The notes beneath the pieces were generated by a model that saw nothing but the letters and a program-made list of their open reading frames with translations, was not told the origin of the DNA and searched no databases. The position numbers and the translations under genes are program-made. From the NCBI GenBank assembly GCA_049519175.1, contig JBEKQZ010000002.1, positions 134,782-198,781 of the forward strand: a stretch of 64,000 nt of DNA, read 5' to 3'. Below, in pieces: positions 10,346 to 19,145 of this stretch (position 1 is the stretch's first letter; each line of letters begins with the position of its first letter). This DNA comes from Candidatus Levyibacteriota bacterium (lineage in GTDB: Bacteria > Patescibacteriota > Microgenomatia > Levybacterales > UBA12049).

Positions 10346-10755
10346 AGGCCGAAAAATTCTAAACTGTGTCTTTTGATTAGAAAATTGTGTTTTTTGGCTA
10401 TTTCTTTTTCCATTTCGGGCACAAAATTATCTTCAACCGGTTCAATCTTGCCGCACTTTTCGCAAATTAAGTGGTGATGGTCGCCTTTACTGGTTAATTC
10501 GTAATGCACTTTTCCCTTCTCTAATTGAACTTCTTTGGTAATTCCCTTTTGCAAAAAATCATTCATCATCCGAAAAATAGTGGCCGGATCGGCATTAATT
10601 TTTTCCTTCTTGAGATAATGAATTATTGTTAGAGCATCGACCGGCCGATCAGTAGCCCCCAAAAATTTAAGCACGGCAAGCCTTATCGGAGTTGCTTTAA
10701 GTGAAACTTCCTGCAATTCGTCTTTATAATTGTGTTGTTTAAAAAATGTGACCAT
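10324..10755 (-). CDS. zur: Fur family transcriptional regulator (probable Zur)
   Basis: 143 aa. Winged-helix N-terminus and a C-terminal metal site HHHLICEKCGK...CANC. Heads the metal-transporter operon. Confidence 0.75.
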   Translation of the reverse strand: MVTFFKQHNYKDELQEVSLKATPIRLAVLKFLGATDRPVDALTIIHYLKKEKINADPATIFRMMNDFLQKGITKEVQLEKGKVHYELTSKGDHHHLICEKCGKIEPVEDNFVPEMEKEIAKKHNFLIKRHSLEFFGLCANCQK

Positions 10756-10780
10756 AATAATTTTCGATGTGTTGTGTTAA

Positions 10781-10797
10781 ATGCAATCTACTTGCAT
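10781..10797. promoter_or_regulatory. candidate Fur/Zur operator (inverted repeat ATGCAA-N5-TTGCAT)
   Basis: Perfect 6-bp inverted repeat about 25 bp upstream of the zur start codon, in the divergent promoter region. Confidence 0.25.
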
Positions 10798-10854
10798 AGT
10801 ATATGCGACCAACTCGCATTTGTCAAGAAGCAAAATTGATTATCTGATATAATA

Positions 10855-11979
10855 ATGCTCGTGAGAAAAATATTATTATTCACTATTCCCCTGCTCTTGC
10901 TCCTGCTCCTTCTTGCTCCGGCAAAAAGCTTTGCGCAAAGTATGCCTTCTACTCCCAAGGAAGAATATTTTAAAGCCCGCGTTATTAGCATTACAGAGCA
11001 AGGCGAAAAAGATGAGCAGGGATTTAAAAGCTATTTCCAAACTTTAAAAGTGCAAGCCGAAGATGGTCAGCAAAAAGGCGCGCTTCTTACTGTCGAAAAT
11101 GGCGATGAGTCGCAAATTACCAAAGACCAATTTGTCACAAGTGGCCAAGAAATCATCGTTGATAAAGTGACAAGCTTAGGCAACAGAGTCTCTTATTCTG
11201 TTTATGACGCTTACCGGCTGACTAATATTTTTATCTTTTTAATTATTTTTTGCCTGGCGGTTATTTTAATTGCCGGTTTAAAAGGCTTTGGCTCACTTTT
11301 GGGAATGAGCGTCAGTTTTGGGATAATTCTGCTTTATATTATCCCCAATATCCTCAAAGGCAACGACCCTTTAACCGTCACTCTTATCGGTTCCACCGTC
11401 ATCATTTTAATCACCACTTACCTTGCTCACGGCATTTCACAAAAAACGACCATTGCCTTAGCTTCGACGCTTATTTCTATTTTCCTGACAGCCGGTCTGG
11501 CAATACTCGCGGTTAACCTTACTAATATTAGTGGGGTTGGGAATGAAGATGCCTTTGCTTTGCAAGTCGGCACAACCAGTCTTATTAATTTAAAAGGGTT
11601 GTTCTTAAGCGGCATCATTATTGCCACCTTAGGCGCTTTAAATGATATTACTACTACTCAAGCAATTACTATTTTAGAATTGAAAAAAACCGATCCCAAA
11701 CTTAAATTTGTGGCGCTTTTTAGCAAAGGTTTTTCCGTGGGCAAAGAGCATCTTGCTTCTTTGGTCAATACTTTAATCCTGGCTTATGTCGGCTCCGCTT
11801 TTGCGGTATTTATCTTTTTCGTCTTAAATCCCGCCAAAGTGCCTTACTGGATAGTACTAAACAGCGAATTGGTTTCGGATGAAGTTGTCAAGATAATTGC
11901 CGGAAGCATCGGACTTTTACTGTCGGTGCCGATTGTTACTTTTCTGGCCAGCCTGGTTTTTTCGCAAAGAAAAGCTTAA
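10855..11979 (+). CDS. YibE/F-like polytopic membrane protein
   Basis: 374 aa. Signal peptide, an extracytoplasmic domain of about 110 aa, then many TM helices. This architecture is typical of the YibE/F family. Confidence 0.5.
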   Translation: MLVRKILLFTIPLLLLLLLLAPAKSFAQSMPSTPKEEYFKARVISITEQGEKDEQGFKSYFQTLKVQAEDGQQKGALLTVENGDESQITKDQFVTSGQEIIVDKVTSLGNRVSYSVYDAYRLTNIFIFLIIFCLAVILIAGLKGFGSLLGMSVSFGIILLYIIPNILKGNDPLTVTLIGSTVIILITTYLAHGISQKTTIALASTLISIFLTAGLAILAVNLTNISGVGNEDAFALQVGTTSLINLKGLFLSGIIIATLGALNDITTTQAITILELKKTDPKLKFVALFSKGFSVGKEHLASLVNTLILAYVGSAFAVFIFFVLNPAKVPYWIVLNSELVSDEVVKIIAGSIGLLLSVPIVTFLASLVFSQRKA

Positions 11980-12245
11980 TGAACGGTCTTAAAGTCTAGG
12001 AATTGTTCTTTTTCTTTTTCCCATTTAACTTGAACCGATTTTACTTCGGCCAAAAACGGGCCTTTTTCGCACAGCTTAGCTAATTTTCCTATCGCTTCTT
12101 TTGCGCCTTGAGCTAAAACTTCGACTTTCCCGTCAGTAGTATTTTTGACCCAGCCGTTGATTTTTAACCAGCGGGCGTTGGACTTGACAAAATACCGAAA
12201 GCCAATTCCCTGCACTGTTCCAGAAATATAAATTTTCGCTTGCAT
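11976..12245 (-). CDS. acyP: acylphosphatase
   Basis: 89 aa. ISGTVQGIGFRYFV and GWVKNTTDGKVE motifs of acylphosphatase. Confidence 0.85.
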   Translation of the reverse strand: MQAKIYISGTVQGIGFRYFVKSNARWLKINGWVKNTTDGKVEVLAQGAKEAIGKLAKLCEKGPFLAEVKSVQVKWEKEKEQFLDFKTVH

Positions 12246-12246
12246 A

Positions 12247-12525
12247 TTATTTTTTATTCGCCTTGGCGGCGATTTCTCCTTTTAGTTGCTTCAATTTCCA
12301 AAGAAATAGAGCAATTTTATTGTCGGCGTTACTATCGATGACAAATGAATAAGCTTTTTCCAAAACGCTGCGATGATTGGTTTTAGCTAACTTAATCCAC
12401 ATTCCCCTGTTTTTATAATCATTCATTTCTTCCGCCAGCCAAATTCCATACGACTGAAAATCCCGGGAAATATATTTATCTTGAACCGGATTAAAGTTTT
12501 TTAAAATTTGCTGGACCGATTTCAT
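12247..12525 (-). CDS. hypothetical protein
   Basis: 92 aa ORF tightly packed between acyP and the repeat element. Confidence 0.4.
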   Translation of the reverse strand: MKSVQQILKNFNPVQDKYISRDFQSYGIWLAEEMNDYKNRGMWIKLAKTNHRSVLEKAYSFVIDSNADNKIALFLWKLKQLKGEIAAKANKK

Positions 12526-12544
12526 ATCTTTGACTTACGTGTGT

Positions 12545-12662
12545 GCGCGGGGAGCATTTTGTCAAGATGATGTCTTCGCTAGAGTCGCTTGCGACCGTAT
12601 CCCGAGTTTCGCAGGGACGCTTGCGTTCGAAGACTCATAGAGATCAGAATGCGACCTAAGCG
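12545..12662. repeat. structured repeat family 1, intergenic copy A
   Basis: About 118 bp. Nearly identical (2 mismatches) to 17175-17291 and homologous to 22698-22830. Contains a nested inverted repeat GTCTTCG...CGAAGAC and an internal GTCGCTTGCGAC hairpin. Confidence 0.8.
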
Positions 12663-12672
12663 CTTATTATTT

Positions 12673-13290
12673 CTATTTCGTATTAAATCTGTTCATGGCT
12701 TTTTCTAAGCCCTCTTCCAAGGCATCCTGCACCGCTTTAACCGATTTCTTGACAATTTCCCGCGCCTTTCCCTTTTCACCTTCCGAAAATTCTCCCAAAA
12801 CATAGTTGTCGATCGGTTTTAACCTCGGTTTTAAAATTTTGAATTTTGCATTGTCGTTGCCGATGCCGATTCTAAAACGCCAAAATTTGTCTGTTCCTAA
12901 AAGTTCGATAATTGACTCAACGCCTTTGTGTCCTGCCGACGCGCCGGCAAAACGTATTTTCATACTACCCAGCGGCAAATCAATTTCGTCATGAATTACC
13001 CAAATATCTGCCGGGGAAATTTTATAAAATTGAGCGATTGAATTGACTGCTAAACCTGAACCATTCATATAAGTTAGCGGTTTTGCTAAAAGCACTTTTT
13101 CCGCCTGACTTTTTTTGGGCTGCCAGTTTATTTCGGCGATTTCTGCTTGAAACTTTTTTTCTTCTTTCCATAAAGCTTGCGAGGAAGATTCAAAATCTTT
13201 GAGGAAAGCGTCAACCACCGTAAATCCCAGATTATGTCTGGTTTTGGCGTGTTTGTCTCCGGGGTTACCAAGTCCAACTATCAATTTCAT
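12673..13290 (-). CDS. pth: peptidyl-tRNA hydrolase
   Basis: 205 aa. MKLIVGLGNPG start and HNLGF motif. Confidence 0.9.
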   Translation of the reverse strand: MKLIVGLGNPGDKHAKTRHNLGFTVVDAFLKDFESSSQALWKEEKKFQAEIAEINWQPKKSQAEKVLLAKPLTYMNGSGLAVNSIAQFYKISPADIWVIHDEIDLPLGSMKIRFAGASAGHKGVESIIELLGTDKFWRFRIGIGNDNAKFKILKPRLKPIDNYVLGEFSEGEKGKAREIVKKSVKAVQDALEEGLEKAMNRFNTK

Positions 13291-13426
13291 ACAGGTATTT
13301 TAACACGTTTTGAACAAATTAATCCAAGTGGTTTTTCTATATCAAAATATGTATTAATACACATCAATTGGTCAAAATAATGCTGTTTTGACCAACAAAA
13401 AATAAGCCCTCAAGGTTTGAGTTCGA

Positions 13427-13876
13427 CTATTTATAAGCAGGCTCTATCTGGAACAAGATATAGAAAGCAATTGCTGCCGCTATAACCGCTCCGATAACGC
13501 TTCCAACATTTAAGGAAACGAGAGAACTTACTATTGCTAAAGCTTCGCTCCAAACCAATAAATTCCAGCCTCTTATTCTTCTTTTCTTAAGCGGCATAAA
13601 TGCCAGCACCATTAAGATGCCTTCGACAATTCCAATGACGGAAGCCACCAATAAGAAAGCTGTGTAGCCAACACCGGCATACATATAAGCAAGCGGTGAA
13701 AAGGCGGTGAAAACACCCAGCCCTCCGACTCCCGCTAAAATTGCCAAGACTCCGAAGATTAATGCTAACCAAGGAGCGACCGAAACTAAGAAATCGGTGG
13801 CACTTTTTGGTAGAGCAGGCGCTTTTGCGTAAACATCTTTCAGAGGTTTTAAGAGTTGTTTTGTTTTTTCATCCAT
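13427..13876 (-). CDS. small integral membrane protein, hypothetical
   Basis: 149 aa with three or four predicted TM helices. Confidence 0.45.
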   Translation of the reverse strand: MDEKTKQLLKPLKDVYAKAPALPKSATDFLVSVAPWLALIFGVLAILAGVGGLGVFTAFSPLAYMYAGVGYTAFLLVASVIGIVEGILMVLAFMPLKKRRIRGWNLLVWSEALAIVSSLVSLNVGSVIGAVIAAAIAFYILFQIEPAYK

Positions 13877-13997
13877 TATTATTTCACCTCCTTTTTACCC
13901 GCCGCTAAATCGCTCCGTGAGCCGTGAACGAATAGTTCCCAAAAGGCGAACGGCAAGATTAGGCGGGCCTTCCACTATTAGAGTATCTTGCCGGAAA

Positions 13998-15344
13998 TTA
14001 AAAGTCAATTCCCAATTGACTCTCGGCTGTTTTTTCGACGGTTGCTGTCGGTTTTTCTTCTCCCCAAATCTTCACAATCCCATACGTTCCGTCGTAACCG
14101 GGCATTATGGCGATATCGCCTCTCCGCACCTTATCAATTCCTTCAGCTATTCTTGGCCCTGCTTCTCTGGTGATATCTTCTTTGGAAATTTTGAGCAAAA
14201 CATTTATTTCCGAACCAAATTTTTCGCACAGCTGGTCAAATAAAGTTTTGACTTTTTGGCTGGAAACGGTTGAATGCAAACTTTCGGCAATGATTTCGTT
14301 TAAAGGCACCAATTTGACAAATGGCGGATGCTTTTTACTGGGATCAATTATCCATTTGACGCCATTCGGATTTAATTTAGCCACTTCGTCCGGCCACGTT
14401 TGCGTTTTTGCTAACTCCTCTACTCGGTGCATGACGCCAACCGTTAATGGACGGTGGCAAACCGGACAAATGTTGCCGTTATCCCTGGTTTCTTTGGGAT
14501 TTTGCACAAAATTGCAGTTGCGGTGGCCGGTGAAATGGTATTTTCCCTCCTCCGGATAAAACTCGATTGTATAGCCGATTTTTAGTTTACTGTCCGGCTC
14601 TTGTTTAATCGCATCAGTAATATCCCCATAAGTTATTTTGAACTTTGGGTCGTCTTTTTTGGTGACAAAAACCGTTGCTTCCCTGCCCATTTTCGCCATC
14701 GAATGCGCGTCGGAAGTAGAAATCAGTGAACGGTTCTCCAGTTCCTTAATCTGCCAATTCATATACGGGTCGCTGGATAAACCGGTTTCAACTCCATAAA
14801 TTTTATCTGCATAATCGCCAAAACACTCACTGATTGAATCAAAACCGGAGTTTGAACCATATAAGGCAAACCATGGTGTCCAGGCGTGACAAGGTACTAG
14901 AAGCACATTTTTATCAACCGAGTAAATTAACTCCATTAGCTGAATCGAAGACAGTCCGATAATCGGCCGGCCGTCGGAAGATAAATTACAACCGCGCTTG
15001 GTTAGCTCCGCGGCAATCTTTTCGCAAACTTCAAGGCTTGGTGAAAAAACCAAATTGTGGATGCGGTGGACTTTACCGTTTTGCGAATAAATACTGGAGA
15101 TTTCGACCGTTAAAATAAAATGGGTCTTGAAATTTTTATCATCTTTAAACTTAAAAATGCCCTCAGTATCTTCAACCAGCTCCTGTTTTATTTCCCTCCT
15201 CCACAAAGGATGCGTCCAGTCGCCGGTGGCAAGTATATCCAAACCCTTCTTCGTTCCCCACAAAGCCATATTGTAAAGATTCATGTCCCGGCTTACCGCC
15301 CGGGAATATTTGGAGTGGAGATGTAAATCGGTCACAAATTCCAT
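13998..15344 (-). CDS. PHP-domain nuclease, endonuclease Q-like (TIGR00375-type)
   Basis: 448 aa. N-terminal PHP signature DLHLHSKYS and a central CPVCHR zinc finger. Architecture resembles EndoQ. Confidence 0.5.
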   Translation of the reverse strand: MEFVTDLHLHSKYSRAVSRDMNLYNMALWGTKKGLDILATGDWTHPLWRREIKQELVEDTEGIFKFKDDKNFKTHFILTVEISSIYSQNGKVHRIHNLVFSPSLEVCEKIAAELTKRGCNLSSDGRPIIGLSSIQLMELIYSVDKNVLLVPCHAWTPWFALYGSNSGFDSISECFGDYADKIYGVETGLSSDPYMNWQIKELENRSLISTSDAHSMAKMGREATVFVTKKDDPKFKITYGDITDAIKQEPDSKLKIGYTIEFYPEEGKYHFTGHRNCNFVQNPKETRDNGNICPVCHRPLTVGVMHRVEELAKTQTWPDEVAKLNPNGVKWIIDPSKKHPPFVKLVPLNEIIAESLHSTVSSQKVKTLFDQLCEKFGSEINVLLKISKEDITREAGPRIAEGIDKVRRGDIAIMPGYDGTYGIVKIWGEEKPTATVEKTAESQLGIDF

Positions 15345-15410
15345 GAGGTTATTCTAACACAAATAAATTGGGGGTTGGCAAGAAAATTTTTAGTTGTTAC
15401 AATTTAATTA

Positions 15411-15797
15411 ATGGGAGTACAGTTGGAAAAATTCCCCATCGTTACGATTACGAATCATGCAGGAGAAGTAACTATAACCGACTTTACTCCAACAGCAGAA
15501 GATCAACTTATTGGCAGATTTTTTGACGGGAAAACCAACATCCCTCCAACGATTGGAACAATATCTCGATCCGGCATCAGATTAACCATTGGAGGAGATC
15601 CTGAAGACACTCAACCAGAAAGTCGACCTGAACCAAAAGCCATAGTCTTTACCAGGAATATAAATGACATTGTTAATGACGAAATTGAAAAAGAACTTCA
15701 AGCGGAAAGAGATACAAAAAGACCAAGAACTAAACCCGACGGGGATTCTACCAAGTTAAGACCTATTGTTTTCCTTGCTGCTGATACATCTCGATAA
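15411..15797 (+). CDS. hypothetical protein (uncertain, overlaps 3' end of ligase gene)
   Basis: 128 aa ORF. Divergent from the upstream gene; 35 nt convergent overlap with the ligase ORF. Confidence 0.25.
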   Translation: MGVQLEKFPIVTITNHAGEVTITDFTPTAEDQLIGRFFDGKTNIPPTIGTISRSGIRLTIGGDPEDTQPESRPEPKAIVFTRNINDIVNDEIEKELQAERDTKRPRTKPDGDSTKLRPIVFLAADTSR

Positions 15798-17577
15798 GCT
15801 CGGTGACTGAAGTGGCGTCTTCGGGTTTTTTGTCTGCATCCCGGAATGAAACTAAGCGCGGGAAACGAAGCGCATAGCCAGGTTCTGTCTCGGTTTTACC
15901 AGCGGTATGAATCGGCGAACGGGTAATTTCATCCGCCAAAACTTCGATGACAATTTTGGGCTCAATCCAAACTGAAGGGATGATATTTGAACTGACTCTG
16001 GCCGGTTTTTGCTCCAAACTGATTTTATCGGCTCTTTTGTGCACTTCCCTCCACTCTTCATCGGTTAAGCCGGTCCCGATTTTACTGACTGACACAAACT
16101 CGTCCTTTTCTTTATCATAAACCCCCACCAATAACGCTCCCGCGCCAAAAGCGGTCCTCTTCCCTTTGCCGCTGATGTATCCCAAAATGACACAATCAAT
16201 TGTGTCGCTTAATTCACCCGATGAGTGCCTTTTGAGCTTAACCCAATTAAAATTTCTGGCTCCCGCTTCATAGGGACTTTCCAATTTTTTGATGACTAAC
16301 CCTTCCAAACCCTTGGAAATTGCGTCTTCCAAAAGTAGCGACAAAGTTTTGGCGTCTCTGACGGTCTGGTTTTTAGTTCTAATTAAGACGTCATCTTCGG
16401 GCAAAACTTCTTTGAGAATTTCCATTCTCTTGGTCAGCGGCAAATCAATTAGAGACTGCCCGTCTTTGTAGAGAATATCGAACACAAAAGCTTTCAGCGG
16501 CAAACTTTTGGCCATTTCCGCAATGCCGTATTTTCTCCTTCTTTTGGTGGTTTCCTGGAAGGGCAAAAACTCTTCCGACTCCGGGTTGTAAGCTAACGCT
16601 TCGGAATCCAAAATTATAGTTTTTGCTTTAATTTGTTTTCTGACCGCTTCCGTTAACTCCGGAAACATCTGTGTCATCTCCTCTAAGTTTCTGGAGAACA
16701 TTCTGACGATATCGCCATTTTTGTGCAACTGAACTCTGAACCCGTCATATTTATACTGTGCGTCAACCACTTTCATTTTTTCGATCACTTTTTCGGGATT
16801 TGGCAAGCGTTCGCAAAGTTCCGAACGTACCGGATAGCCAACTCTTAACTCTAATTTCTGAACCGCAGCTAAACCACCGTCCCACAAAGTTTTGGCAATT
16901 AAACCTAAATCCGAAGTCCGGTTATATGCTCCCTCCAATAATTTCCGCTGAAATTTATCGCCAAGTTTTGCCGTTGCTAAGGCGTCTAAAATCGTCGGGT
17001 CACCAATTCCCAAACGCGTGTTACCTAAAGGAATTCGCACGAGGTGTTTGGCCGAAATCGGGTCGAGTTGTTTGAGAAGGTCTGATAATAAAATTTGTCT
17101 TTTCTCCACGGTCCCGTTCCCCTTCGTGTTGGCAATTTCCAAAAGAATATTAACCACTTCGCCAACCGTTACGTCGCGGGGAGCATTTTGTCGAGATGAT
17201 GTCTTCGCTAGAGTCGCTTGCGACCGTATCCCGAGTTTCGCAGGGACGCTTGCGTTCGAAGACTCATCGAGATCAGAATGCGACCTAAGCGACTCAGCAA
17301 CTAATCCCATGTCGCCTAATTTATTGAAATCCTTGATTACTGCTTCTTTATTCGAACCGTAAGCCAGCGCTAACGCTTCCGCCACGGTTTTCTCTGCCAT
17401 ACCGATTTCGATTGGCGCAAAAAACGGCGCTAATCTTCCCTGGATTAAATAAACAATCTTTTCAATTTCACTCGCCGGAGTTTTTTTGAATAGCTCCGCC
17501 AGAATCTCAATTAAAGCCAATCTTGAAGAAGTCCCTTCCAGTTTCTCAAAATACTCTGTCAACTCACTAAATTTCAT
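15763..17577 (-). CDS. ATP-dependent DNA ligase (archaeal/eukaryotic Lig1-like)
   Basis: 604 aa. Adenylation motif I KYDGFR and an OB-fold C-terminus. Carries an in-frame copy of repeat family 1 in the N-terminal DNA-binding domain. Confidence 0.85.
   Translation of the reverse strand: MKFSELTEYFEKLEGTSSRLALIEILAELFKKTPASEIEKIVYLIQGRLAPFFAPIEIGMAEKTVAEALALAYGSNKEAVIKDFNKLGDMGLVAESLRSHSDLDESSNASVPAKLGIRSQATLAKTSSRQNAPRDVTVGEVVNILLEIANTKGNGTVEKRQILLSDLLKQLDPISAKHLVRIPLGNTRLGIGDPTILDALATAKLGDKFQRKLLEGAYNRTSDLGLIAKTLWDGGLAAVQKLELRVGYPVRSELCERLPNPEKVIEKMKVVDAQYKYDGFRVQLHKNGDIVRMFSRNLEEMTQMFPELTEAVRKQIKAKTIILDSEALAYNPESEEFLPFQETTKRRRKYGIAEMAKSLPLKAFVFDILYKDGQSLIDLPLTKRMEILKEVLPEDDVLIRTKNQTVRDAKTLSLLLEDAISKGLEGLVIKKLESPYEAGARNFNWVKLKRHSSGELSDTIDCVILGYISGKGKRTAFGAGALLVGVYDKEKDEFVSVSKIGTGLTDEEWREVHKRADKISLEQKPARVSSNIIPSVWIEPKIVIEVLADEITRSPIHTAGKTETEPGYALRFPRLVSFRDADKKPEDATSVTELIEMYQQQGKQ
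17175..17291. repeat. structured repeat family 1, copy B, in-frame inside DNA ligase ORF
   Basis: Near-identical to 12545-12662. The ligase ORF reads through it as ...LVAESLRSHSDLDESSNASVPAKLGIRSQATLAKTSSRQNAPRDVT... Confidence 0.8.
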
Positions 17578-17578
17578 A

Positions 17579-18625
17579 CTATGCCATTATATATTTTGCG
17601 CCTTTAGTTACACCGTGTTTTTTAATAATTCCATGTCCCACCAAAGCTTTAATCTCATTAAGAACCGTGTCTTCGGAAACCATTGGGAACAGCTGTTCAA
17701 AGGCCTGGTTTTGCAAATAACCGATTTTTTGGATGTATTCAATAATCTTCAACTGTCTAGGAGATAAAAGTATTGGCGAACCGCCGAGCTTTTCTTTAAT
17801 TCTGGCGTCCACCGAAATACTTTCGACTCTTTCCCTAATTTTAGCCAGCTCAATTGATAATCCTAAGGTAAAATATTCCAGCCACTGCGTTAAATCACCC
17901 TCGTTTTTCTCCACACTTTGCAAGGCTTCGTAATAAGAGGTGGCATCTTTATCAAAATATTCTTCCAAAGAGAAAAACTTGCGGATATCATAATTATCTT
18001 GGTACAAAATTAAAGTCGCAATCGCCCTTGCCACCCGGCCGTTACCATCCAAAAACGGATGGATACGCACCAGCTCGTAATGTGCAATCCCCGATTTTAG
18101 CACCGGATGCACTTCTAAATCCGGCGCGTTTTCAATAAATTCCAGCAAATTCTTGACCTGAAACGGAACAGCTACGGCCAGCGGGGGCCGGAAAGAAATT
18201 TCTCCGGTTTGACTATTTTTAACAACCACTTGAGTTTTTCTAAAAACGCCACATTGCTCGGGCGCTAAAATTTTATCAACCGTTAATTTGTGCAGATGTT
18301 TAACCAATTCTTCGTCAATTTTAATCTGCGCTTTCGGATTTTGGTCGATAAATTCCATCACTTTACGGTAATTGATAACTTCCTGAATATCGCGGTCACG
18401 GGCGGCCACCTGCTGTCCCAAAAGCACCTTCTCCGCTTCGGAAAGATTCAATTCGTTACCTTCAATGTGTGTTCCGTAATGAATCGTTCTCACCATTGCG
18501 TCTTCCCGGAATTCCCGTTCGAAATACGGCAAAAGCGGCGCGTTGTCAATCACTTCTTTACTGGCTTCAATGCTGCCGATGTTTTTGAGGATTTTATTGG
18601 TGATAGTAAACTTGGGCGAATACAT
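17579..18625 (-). CDS. Fic family protein
   Basis: 348 aa. Canonical Fic motif HPFLDGNGRVARA and a C-terminal winged-helix-like region. Confidence 0.85.
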   Translation of the reverse strand: MYSPKFTITNKILKNIGSIEASKEVIDNAPLLPYFEREFREDAMVRTIHYGTHIEGNELNLSEAEKVLLGQQVAARDRDIQEVINYRKVMEFIDQNPKAQIKIDEELVKHLHKLTVDKILAPEQCGVFRKTQVVVKNSQTGEISFRPPLAVAVPFQVKNLLEFIENAPDLEVHPVLKSGIAHYELVRIHPFLDGNGRVARAIATLILYQDNYDIRKFFSLEEYFDKDATSYYEALQSVEKNEGDLTQWLEYFTLGLSIELAKIRERVESISVDARIKEKLGGSPILLSPRQLKIIEYIQKIGYLQNQAFEQLFPMVSEDTVLNEIKALVGHGIIKKHGVTKGAKYIMA

Positions 18626-18897
18626 ACCAATATTATAGCAAATTCCCGAACTATTCCCTAGCTATCTTCCAGTAATATTAAATGTGGTCATGAGCAGTTT
18701 TTGTGCCCTTACGTAACCCAGGATCGCCAATTCCCCTACGTTTTACCCTAGTGGTTTCAGGAATTATGGTAATTCTACGACCTTTTTCGTCATACACAAC
18801 TTCTCTACCCTTAGCGTTAACTTCCCTAGTTTCCTTACTTTCTCCAGCCATTTTAAAACTAAAATAGATTTTGAATAAATTCGGCGAGTTTAGAAAC

Positions 18898-19089
18898 TTA
18901 GAACTGCTGAGCTTCTTTTGCTTTAGTTGCTCCGCTGCTGTGCATCCTGGAAGGTCTTATTCCTTCTGCTCCAAGAGCTTCTCCCCATAATCCAAAAGAA
19001 ACCTCGGCTTTACGAGCTGCTTTCTCTGCTGCTCTTCCTTCCCTTAGGGCTGCTGTTACTTCTGGGCTTATTATTAATCTTTCTGCCAT
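18898..19089 (-). CDS. small hypothetical protein (63 aa)
   Basis: Same strand as Fic and upstream of it. A second 58-aa ORF (18679-18852, minus strand) lies between them. No motif recognised. Confidence 0.25.
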   Translation of the reverse strand: MAERLIISPEVTAALREGRAAEKAARKAEVSFGLWGEALGAEGIRPSRMHSSGATKAKEAQQF

Positions 19090-19145
19090 AGATTATTCCT
19101 CCTTTCTCCCACCAAAACAATGGTATGATATATATCACACTATTT

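Noticed and set aside
17018-17362. 114-aa plus-strand ORF running through repeat copy B
   Set aside because: Antisense to the ligase gene; the open frame is a by-product of the repeat lacking stops. The many other antisense ORFs in the track were ignored for the same reason, for example 429-662, 2724-3310, 4253-4930, 7291-7806, 26182-27054, 28778-29332, 40223-40612, 47360-47929 and 62510-62965.
17579-18625. Class II/III auto-inhibited Fic assignment
   Set aside because: The N-terminal THIEGN has one residue too few between Thr and Glu to match (S/T)xxxE(G/N), so the auto-inhibitory helix is not claimed.
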